From Octopus vulgaris (Eukaryota), in assembly GCA_951406725.2 (NCBI GenBank), contig OX597815.1, positions 185,876,001-185,940,000 of the forward strand: a stretch of DNA of 64,000 bases. The letters run 5' to 3'. Made by a program: the position numbers and the translations under genes. This document shows, in pieces, positions 54,127 through 64,000 of this stretch. A model generated the notes under the pieces. The model was not told where the DNA came from. It was given only the letters and a program-made list of their open reading frames with translations, and made no database searches. Position 1 is the first letter of the stretch, and the number at the start of each line of letters is the position of its first letter.

Positions 54127-54359
54127 AAGGCGGCGAGCTGGCAGAATCGTTAGCACGCTGGGCGAAATGCTTATTGGTATTTCGTCTGCCGTTACGTTCT
54201 GAGTTCAAATTCCGCCGAGGTCGACTTTGCCTTTCATCATTTCGGGGTCGATAAATTAAGTACCAGTTACGCACTGAGGTCGATGTAATCGACTTAATCC
54301 GTTTATCTGTCATTGTTTGTCCCCTCTGTGTTTAGCCCCATGTGGGTAGTAAAGAAATA
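54127..54359 (+). mobile_element. SINE A, full length
   Basis: Perfect 15-bp TSD ggtataaacgtgtga (54112-54126, 54360-54374). Confidence 0.96.
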
Positions 54360-54677
54360 GGTATAAACGTGTGATCTCCTATTTTAAAGACGATAGGTAC
54401 TTCTATTTTTTTTATTACTTCACCAGAAGGAAAGGGAGGAACTAAAATCCTTTCCAAGATATGTGACAGAGAGGTGAATGAGGAGATATTCCTACACCTG
54501 AGAACTTGCCAGAATGCTTGCATCAGAATGGATACTGTTAAAAGTACTCATAGACAGCAATGCATATTTCTGTTAATCACAACAACAGTGGCGGCTCGAA
54601 GATAAAAATTAGTTTTGGGGTGCTGCTTCAAAAAATTTTAAGCCGTTGTTTTAATATTGTGTAAAAGGAAACAAACA

Positions 54678-55065
54678 AGGCGCAGGAGTGGCTGTGTGGT
54701 AAGTAGCTTGCTTACCAACCACAAGGTTCCGGGTTCAGTCCCACTGCGTGACACCTTGGGCAAGTGTCTTCTACTATAGCCTCGGGCAGACCAAAGCCTT
54801 GTTAGTGGATTTGGTAGACGGAAACTGAAAGAAGCCTGTCGTATATATAAGTGTGTATGCATATGTTTGTGTCTGTGTTTGTTCCCCCCTCCCAGCATCG
54901 CTTGACAACTGATGCTGGTGTGTTTACGTCCCCGTAACTTATCGGTTCGGCGAAGGGAACCGATAGAATAAGTACTAGGCTTACAAAGAATAAGTACTGG
55001 GGCTAATTTGCTCGCCTAAAAGCGGTGCTCCAAATGACTGAAACAAGTAAAAGAGTAAAAGAGAG
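54678..55065 (+). mobile_element. SINE B, full length
   Basis: Family match. Confidence 0.93.
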
Positions 55066-55689
55066 TACATAAACTTGACTGGTTTGTGCTTTAGCCACTG
55101 TCAAGAAGTGTGTTTAATTTGCTCACTGAACACCGCCGCGAATTCCCCCTTGTTTTTCAAAAATCTCCCCTAAATCACAAAATAAGGGAGGAAAATCTGT
55201 TTTATTGTTCAGATCCTGGCAGTAACACAGTGGCTAGAAGCAGGATAATGATCTAATTCTACACTTCATCACATTCAAGAATATAAACATGTTTTTAAGT
55301 ACAACACACGCGGAGTCAAAAAGAAATACTACCTTTCACCAGCGCACGAGGGTCGGCACTGTGTAAATCCCAGTGCTCTCTCTTCCTAGCATGCAGCTTC
55401 CTATCTCAGACATGTGAGTATACGCACAACAGCCAAACACCGTGTCGCTGGAACTGGGAAGTGCAAAGTTCTATACAAGGATTTTTGTATTTTTCATAAA
55501 CTAGGGGATGCCTACTAATATTAAGCTTAAGGATTATATAATGTACAAGTATAAAGAAAGAAATAAAGAAAAAGAGACTCATTATATTGAATGTTATCGA
55601 TAATATCGAGAGGAAATAGGGGGTGCTGCAGTTCCGCAGTTCCTATACACGAGCCGTCACTTCATAAAACACACATACACACACACATA

Positions 55690-56100
55690 AGGCGCGATGG
55701 GAGAATCGTAAGCATGCTGGTAAAAATGTTTAGTGGTATTTCATCCGTGTTTACATTTTGTGTCCAAATTACACCAAGATCCACTTTGCTTTTCTTCGAT
55801 TCGGGGGCGATCAATTAAATACCAGTTATACACTGGGCTTGAAGTAATCAACTTACACCTCCCCCAGACTTGCTGTCTTTGATACCATCATTAATACCAC
55901 TTAAAAGGCGCCGAGCTAGCAGAATCGTTAGCATACGGGGAAAAATTCTTAGCGGCTTTTCGTCCATTTTTGGAGGGTGGGGGCGTTCTGAGTTCAATCT
56001 CCGCTGAGGTCACCTTTGCCTTTCATCCTTTCGGGGTCGTCGATGTAATCGACCAGCAGCCCACTTCCCTGAAATCGCTGGCCTTGTGCCAATATTTGAA
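55690..56100 (+). mobile_element. Two old SINE A (tail-2) copies
   Basis: Degenerate heads; gcctttcatcctttcggggtcg core. Confidence 0.75.
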
Positions 56101-56639
56101 GCTATAACCCCAACTGAAAGTATACGAGTCGTATTACTAACGCATCGTAATTTCAATTTGAGTCTCTCTCACTTCGTGTGGGAATCCAGAACCACGCACG
56201 CACGCACGCACGTCAGACTGTTTATCAAGTGATTCCTTGAATTTATCAGCGTGTGGTGTATAGGGAAAATATGAGATAATATTCCGCAGAGTACAGGAAC
56301 TAATTAATTCAATATAGGACTACGTACTTAGCCTAATGGGAACATAGATTTACCCTACATTTACCAAGATGAATGACTATAAAAGAAGTAGTAGTAGTGG
56401 TGGTGGTGGTGGTGGTTGTAGTAGAAGAAGCAGCAGCAGCAGCGGTAGCGGCAACAGCAGCAGCAGCAACAGACGCAGTGAAGCTGCCACCCCCTCCACC
56501 TTTTTCCCAACAAGTTCTGATGTTTTGTCCCATGTTGCGGGAATATTATCGGGAATAAGAGAGCGTATGCTTGGCGTAACACATCACCATGACTGTAGTA
56601 GTAGTAGTAGTAGCGGTGGTGGTAGTAGAGTAGTAGTAA

Positions 56640-56671
<32 letters not shown>

Positions 56672-56700
56672 ACGGTGGTAGTAGTAGAGTAGTAGTAGTG

Positions 56701-56745
<45 letters not shown>

Positions 56746-57268
56746 ACTGTTATTGTTGCTGTTGAAGAAGTAGGCGAAGAAGAAGAAGAAGAAGAAGAAG
56801 AAGAAGGAATAATTATTAAGCAATGGAAGAGTAATGTTGCGGGGAGAGAGAGAGAGAGAGAGAAAGAGAGAAAGAGAAAGTGGGTGAGGAAATATGGGAA
56901 CATATGAGAAAGAGGTGTGGTGGGAGGCTAAGGAACAGAGGAGACGTGGAGAGCGGAAAATTAGGAATGTGTGAAAGAAAGAGAAATGAATTAAGGTCTA
57001 ATAGTGGTGATATTTAAGGGGAAATATTCCGGCAGAAGAGAAGAAATAAGAAAGAGGAGAAAAGAAAGGAAAATGCGAAAGAATCGATATGGAATGGAAA
57101 TAAAACTGCGTGAAGAAGCGGGATGAGGTAGTAAATATTTTAACTGCCAAAGAGAGTCAGATTGATTGATAGAGGGACAGGCTGAACTTGATAAGTAAAT
57201 GGATAGATAGAGTGATTGATTTATTGATTCGTTGCGTAGGATAGTTATATGAGAGAGAAAGGAATAAG

Positions 57269-57303
<35 letters not shown>

Positions 57304-57447
57304 GAGAGGTGGTGGAAAGGAGAGTCTGTGAGAGTAATTGGCAGACAGATGGAGAAAGAGAGCAAAAATAAAAGGGAAGGTGTATTTAAATATATAATTA
57401 GATAGGAAGACAGCTTTCAAAGAACTGTGAAAGAGCCAGAGAAGGAG

Positions 57448-57930
<483 letters not shown>

Positions 57931-58399
57931 ATGCTTACTGCATACATTTGAATAATGGAGTAATGCTGAAAAAAAAAAAAGTAAAGGAATGTATTTTGAA
58001 AGTATTACTCAGATGGCCGGTTTCACTCGTGAGTGCCGTGAACCCGTTCACCTTCTTTTTATATCAGACTGATTTTAGAAGTTGTAAAGAGAGGTTGGTG
58101 GGGGTGGCGCAGACATTAACGGTAGAAGCAATAACAATGTTTGATTGACCTTCGCAAAGGTCTAGCGAACCCATGTTCGTGTTTTAGTAGTGATTGTTCT
58201 CACAGTGTAGGAAGGAGTTTCGTGACAAGCACGTAAGGTGAACTTTCCGGGCTCCTTACAAGCCAAACCCCTATATTATGATGAAAATGTGTAACTAATA
58301 CTGATGCCATACGTTTTAGTATATACAAGGGTAGGCTGAAATGTTCGTAGACTGGCTGTGAAGGAGTGATGCTAAAACTGTGAAATTTTGCAAGCATTA

Positions 58400-58740
58400 A
58401 CCCTTTCTATTATAGGCACATGGCCTGAAATTTGGGGGAGGGGCATAATCGACTACATCGACCCACTGGTACTTATTTTATCGATCCCGAAAGGATGAAA
58501 GGCAAAGTCGACCTCGGCAGAATTTGAACTCAGAACGTAGCGGCAGACGAAATACCAATTTCTTTACTACCCACAAGGGGCTAAACACAGAGAGGACAAA
58601 CAAGGACAGACAAACGGATTAAGTGGATTACATCGACTCCAGTGCGTAACTAGTACTTATTTAATCGACCCCGAAAGGATGAAAGGCAAAGTCGACCTCG
58701 GCGGAATTTGAACTCAGAACGTAGCGGCAGACGAAATACC
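58400..58740 (-). mobile_element. Two head-less SINE A units downstream of the Tx1-like element
   Basis: Both begin ggtatttcgtctgccgctacg; junction at 58556/58557. Confidence 0.92.
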
Positions 58741-58939
58741 AATTTCTTTATTGCCCACAGGAGGCCAAGCACAGACATGGAGACAAAACAACTGACTGAG
58801 ATCAGGAATACGTTATGATTTTACATAAAATATGAATATAAAAATTATATAAAATATTTTTAAAAAATCGAATGAAACTAACAATACAGAGACAACACCA
58901 ATGTAGCGATGATCAGATCACGCTCCGACCCCATAAGCC

Positions 58940-59548
58940 CCGATCTAATGCTGATACCTTTTTTTTTATTCTTCTTTTATAGCGTATTCACACGATTCCT
59001 TGCACGCACAACACTCGTGCAACATGCTTCCATCTCTTCTCCTGCCACACCTTCCTTTTCAAATGAAAAGTAAAAATGATCGTAAATCGTGGCCGGAGAT
59101 AAAGTTGCCTGTCTTAATCCCTTTTATCCTAGTCTTCCATACTGTCTTTTTCGCTATTGCTACAACCGTGAGAAAACAATTCTTACCTTCGTTAGATAAA
59201 ACTTCCAGTGGGTCAATTTTTATAATTGACTAAGTCGACAGCCACACACTACCTTAGCCGGACAACAGGTGTTCAGCATAAACCCACATTTCAGATATCT
59301 CCGGACACTGGACAATAGCGTAAGGGACGGTTTCTCTGTCTCCCCCGCATCTTGTAAGGGTCGGAGACTAACGCTTACCATGTCTTGCGAGCTTATCCCA
59401 AACGGGCAAGGCACCTCTGTAACATTAGCAGGGTTTCCGTTGCAAAAATCACATCCAATTTTCTTGACCTGATGTCATTCAGGAAGCGTCCTTGCTTCCA
59501 GCTAGACATCAGGCCACGAACATTTACACAACCAATGTGAATAAACAT
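58940..59548 (-). pseudogene. ORF2 remnant: APE endonuclease N-terminus fused to the C-terminal Cys-rich region
   Basis: MFIHIGCVNVRGL...KLDVIFATETLL (59548-59426), then CYRGALPV.DKL...RCGGDRETVPYAIVQCP...VAIAKKTVWKTRIKG. Confidence 0.85.
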
Positions 59549-59552
59549 AACT

Positions 59553-60851
59553 TACCTGTTAATCTGGGGTGTCTGGTGGAGAGGGACCCTCCACCTTTTC
59601 TTGACACAGGGTCGGAGTTGGCAAGTCTTGGAAAATAGATTGGTTAAAATCCTGCCTCATTACCGATACAGGCTTTCTATAAGTATTTAATAAAATATTA
59701 TGAGTCTTTTTATCCATTTCATATAGTTCACAATTTTTGTATTTGTCCGACAGTTCTGTTATCCCGGTAGCTGATTATTTAGTTTTTATCTCTCTCATTA
59801 AATCATCATTTTTGCTATGGAGTGCCACAATCCCTCTGGCCGCTACTTCTTTCCTTGTTATTTTTGGCTGGACTCTTTTTGCTGTTTTTTTCTCTTTTGG
59901 TCGTGATTCTACATGTTTTGGTTTTCATTTTCCATTTTTCTTTTGCTAGTAGCTTTCCTTTCTTCTGTTTGTTTTTCTTTCTCTTCCTCCTCATCTTCAG
60001 ATTCCTCCTCGCCTTCCTTACAGTATTTTCTATCTGGCCCAGCTGGCCACACTGAAAACATCGGGGTTACGCCCTTCGACAAAAACGTTGAGGAACTTCT
60101 CACCAACTTCTATTTTTTCTATAAGCTGTTCTAATACAGCCCGTTCCGTTTGAATTAACAGGTGGACCGTGTGGCCGGTTCAATTTGTCTTTACTGAAAC
60201 AGTAGCCTGAAGTATTGTTATCTCATCTACCCTTTCTGCTAGGACTGCCGCCATCAACCACATAGGGTCGACTTGAGGAGGACCTTTGGTATTCGTATTT
60301 TGGATGTCTTCACACCCATGTATATTAGTATTAAAATCACATCTGTTTCCAAAGATTTTACTGAGTGCGATTGTGCAGTTTCAATGTTTTTTAGGTGTAC
60401 CTCGATGGTACCGAATTTTTTCCCTCTGGCTATAGACATTTTTAAACTTTCTCCTCGCTTACTCGCTCGATTTTTCTTTCTTTTCGGCAGTATGTTTTAA
60501 ATATAATTGTTTTTTTTTTCTTCTCTGTCAATAAAAGCTCTTGTTGGGGTTGAACCTTGACAAGCCGTCTTGAATTTTTATAACATCCTTGCACATTAAA
60601 ACGTCATTTTTCTTCGTCGACAGTTGACGAGTTCAGTCACCAGCAGCAGACGCAAAACTTCTTTTCTGTTTACCCACCTCCGTTTGAAGTCTTTTCACTT
60701 CGACACTCTTCCCTGCAACGTCAGTCCTCGACAGTGGTGGGAATTCGCTCTCAGACAAATCCAAATCATCTTCCAATAATAATATTTTTTCCACTTTTTT
60801 GGCCTCTAAATCTTTCGAATACTCGTCAGATGAAAACAAGCTTTTTGGCAT
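59553..60851 (-). pseudogene. Frameshifted ORF1 (gag-like, zinc knuckle)
   Basis: MPKSLFSS..., IARGKKFGTIEV, VFVEGRNP-RCFQCGQLGQI-KYC, followed by a charged low-complexity tail. Confidence 0.75.
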
Positions 60852-61100
60852 TTTGCTTTTAATTAGTGTTTCCCCGTACAGAGGAAACCACAGTAGTTTT
60901 CAGAGAAAAACACAATAATTTTCAAACAAAAACTGTTATACAAATTTTAACAGGTACAGCAATTTAAACAGACAATAACACGGAAACAATCAACAGAAAT
61001 TACACTTACTATTTAGACGCACTTCAGTAATAATACCAAGACTTCCAACTCACACAGACGAACAACGGTTAAGCATTTCAAACGGCGTGCTAAAGTTTCT

Positions 61101-61333
61101 TATTTCTTTATTGCCCACAAGGGGCTAAACATAGAGGGGACAAACAAGGACAGACAAAGGGATTAAGTCGAGTAGATCGACCCCAGTGCGTAACTGGTAC
61201 TTAATTTATCGACCCCGAAAGGATGAAAGGCAAAGTCGACCTCGGCGGAATTTGAACTCAGAACATAGCGACAGACGAAATACGGCTACGCATTTCACCC
61301 GGCGTGCTAACGTTTCTGCCAGCTCGCCGCCTT
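61101..61333 (-). mobile_element. SINE A, full length
   Basis: Family match; its tail abuts another partial SINE A head at 61055-61100. Confidence 0.95.
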
Positions 61334-61484
61334 ATCTTGCAATGCATTAATTTCAATACTTCATATTAACTGAATGGTTTGTTTCCAGGTAAATTGGCAT
61401 TTGACTGTTCAAAAATTCTAGAAGTAACTATTAGTGACATCTCATGAAAATGGATAAAATTTGGCATCGTGGTATTATCAAGTA

Positions 61485-61716
61485 AAGGCGGCGAGCTGGC
61501 AGAAACGTTAGCGCGCCGGGCGAAATGCTTAGCGGTATTTCGTCTGCGTTACGTTGTGAGTTCAAATTCCGCCGAGGTCGACTTTGCCTTTCATCCTTTC
61601 GGGGTCGATAAATTAAGTACCAGTTACGCACTGGGGTCGATGTAATCGACTTAATACCTATGTCTGTCCTTGTTTGTCCCCTCTGAGTTTAGCCCCTTGT
61701 GGGTAATAAAGAAATA
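61485..61716 (+). mobile_element. SINE A, full length
   Basis: 14-bp TSD ggtatKatcaagta (61471-61484, 61717-61730). Confidence 0.96.
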
Positions 61717-62289
61717 GGTATGATCAAGTATCTAAAGAAAAGGGGTTTAGCGCCCAAACTCGATATTCTTATTTGCGCTCGGAGAAATATTAACCATTTC
61801 CGAACTGAATCCACATTGAGATACTTGGTCTTTGCTATTATTCCTGTAAATCACACATGAACCATTTGTGCAGAACCATTTGGTTTCCACACTGGAATTG
61901 GATGACTTCGAAATTGAACCCTTTTGATAGCAATTTGTCTAAGAATACCCGGCTTCTATGATACAAAATTCATAATTTAGAATGATCTAAATTCAAACCT
62001 TTCGTCAAACATTTCGTCTTAATCTATGTTCTAAACACCATTTAATAAAGACTAAATTGATTATCATCACTTGCATATCATATTTCTTGAATTGTTCCAA
62101 CCTAGTTTCGAGTGATCACTTGTTAATGATCCTAAACAGCTTAAGCAAATAAACTTGAAAAGATTTCAGATCGCAAGCAACATTGCAAAATTATGTGTAA
62201 TGAGGTTTGAGTTGCTTTTGAACATCCGATAAAAAATTTATTTCAAAATCCATACAAAAACGAGTTAAAAGTCAAGATTTTATTTAGAA

Positions 62290-62690
62290 CTAGCAGTATC
62301 GCCCGGCGTTGCTCGGGTTTGTTTTGACCCTTTAGAATTGGAGTTTTTGAAAAGTGAAAATTCAGCATTATGTAGCATGTTATTCTCTTTAAGTAAACAT
62401 TTTTCTGGTTGAAATACACCGAAAAATAGCGACATAGCAGTAAAAAAAAATCGTAAAAAATAGGGATTTTCATAGAAAAAAGCATCTTTTTTAATGTAAA
62501 TAATTTTTGGTGTTAACATGGTCCGATTTGAATTTATTTCATCTACGGAAGCAAGAGCAAGCCTTCTTCTATCATACTCTCAATTTTAGTCAACTTGCAT
62601 CGCAGGGTCTCGGAGGAAATAGCGTTAGTTGAAGGCTACCAAACCTGCCACACACACACACAGACAACTTCAGCTTTATATATAGAGAGA
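62290..62690 (-). mobile_element. Non-autonomous Helitron
   Basis: A|TC start, cccgagcaacgccggg hairpin, CTAG|T end. Confidence 0.85.
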
Positions 62691-63284
62691 TTTATCATCC
62701 CTTGTACTAACAATTTAATTCAAATAATCAAATGTGGATTGAAAATTTTCTGTCTGAGATCAAGGTTTTCGTTAACTGGTTTTACAGTTTCTGTTTGAGA
62801 ATTCGAGTTTCAAATTCAGATTTCACAAATTTTGCCAATGCGTTCAACAGCAAAAGAACGAAGCTGGATATCAAAAATTTGCCATCAATACATAATGGTT
62901 AGCAGCAAGCATTCCAATCAAACCGAGAGAATGATTATCGCTGTTTACAAAAATAACTTTTTAATTAATCCTCTGTCGAACACGACTTTTATAACTCGCC
63001 ACAACTGCAATATTGTCATAGCATTCTGATGGAGAGTTTTATAATGGTATTTCATTTCTACAAATTGATGGGGAAAAGCATCCTTACGTTTTAATTGGAC
63101 AAATCCAAGAAAGGGCTCTTGTTGATAATAAACTGAACATTAGAAGCCAACAGCTGATTATATATAAACATTTAACACTAACAGAAAAATGTGATATTCT
63201 TCCAGGATTCTATTCCACCTTATACGATGCACGTCAGTGAGAAGAGCAAACTTTCTCAACAATCATAGTAGTTTATCATTTGCA

Positions 63285-63430
63285 TTATTTACCTTACTTA
63301 CATTTGACGGATATTTGTCCTCATCTTGTTTGTTGTTAACACATCGTTTCGGCTGATATACCCTCCAGCTTTCATCAGGTGTTTTGGGGAAATTTCGAAC
63401 CTGGGTTCTCATTACTAAGATATTTTTCAA
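63285..63430 (-). mobile_element. SINE H tail with hammerhead (63338-63383; U16.1 mutated)
   Basis: aacac-CTGATGA-aagctg...cagcc-GAAAC-GAT-gtgtt. Confidence 0.85.
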
Positions 63431-63479
63431 TTTTCTTCTTCTTCTTCTTCTTCTTCTTCTTCTTCATCTTCTTCTTCTT

Positions 63480-63553
<74 letters not shown>

Positions 63554-63569
63554 CTCCATAATTGCCCAC

Positions 63570-63642
63570 GAGCATATATTGCGTAATGGTTAAGAGCGCG
63601 AGCTACCAACCTCAAGATTCCGAGTTCGATTCCAGGCAGTGA

Positions 63643-63678
<36 letters not shown>

Positions 63679-63865
63679 TAGCATCGAAAAATACCTTGGG
63701 AATGAGAACCCAGGTTCGAAATTTCCCCAAGACACCTGAAGAAGGCTGGAGGATGTATCCGCCGAAACGTTGTGTTAGCAAAAAACAAGATGAGGACAAA
63801 TATCCGTCAAATGTAAATAATGTAAATAATGTATATAATTCCTCATCTCTTAAATATAGAACTGA
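63570..63865 (+). mobile_element. SINE family H, full length
   Basis: A box tgcgtaatggttaag, B box gagttcgattcc, (AAT)n, hammerhead-bearing tail. Confidence 0.88.
63731..63776 (+). ncRNA. Minimal type I hammerhead ribozyme candidate, intact core
   Basis: gacac-CTGAAGA-a-ggctgga...tccgcc-GAA-ACGT-T-gtgtt. Confidence 0.8.
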
Positions 63866-64000
63866 ATTCTAGTAGTCACGCAAAATTTTCGAAGTTACTT
63901 TCCTGTTGTTGTCTGTAGAATTTCTCATTAGCACAAGATGTAAGGTTTTACGTCGTTGAATAATTTATGCAACTAAAGATTCTGTGAAGTTCCCACATTT

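Larger units (their letters stand above)
58741..61054 (-). mobile_element. Internally deleted Tx1/L1-like non-LTR element (5' UTR, ORF1, fused ORF2 ends, 3' UTR)
   Basis: ORF1 and ORF2 motifs listed below; tail ctgtgggcaataaagaaatt; SINE A sequence on both flanks. Confidence 0.88.

Overview
AT-rich eukaryotic DNA saturated with microsatellites and retroposons. The SINE repertoire and microsatellite load look like an octopod cephalopod genome (inference). No host protein-coding exon could be supported; nearly all listed ORFs are microsatellite or SINE translations. The window holds at least five tRNA-headed SINE types (my labels: A, B, C, V-like, H), remnants of R4/Dong-like, RTE and Tx1/L1-like LINEs, Penelope-like foldback fragments, two non-autonomous Helitrons, two Helentron-like copies and a 17-bp satellite. 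Main findings: (1) A Tx1-like LINE and SINE A share a 3' tail and both insert at GGTAT. SINE A carries this motif internally, so both insert into SINE A and build head-less tandem arrays. An internally deleted 2.3-kb LINE copy sits at that site (58741-61054). (2) Several candidate self-cleaving ribozymes: minimal hammerheads with canonical, U4C and G3-C8 cores, a tRNA-headed SINE carrying a hammerhead in its tail, and an HDV-like fold at the 5' end of an RTE-derived element. (3) A palindrome with ~630-bp arms that interrupts a SINE. (4) Repeated locally templated insertions. All calls were made by eye; none has been checked against databases.
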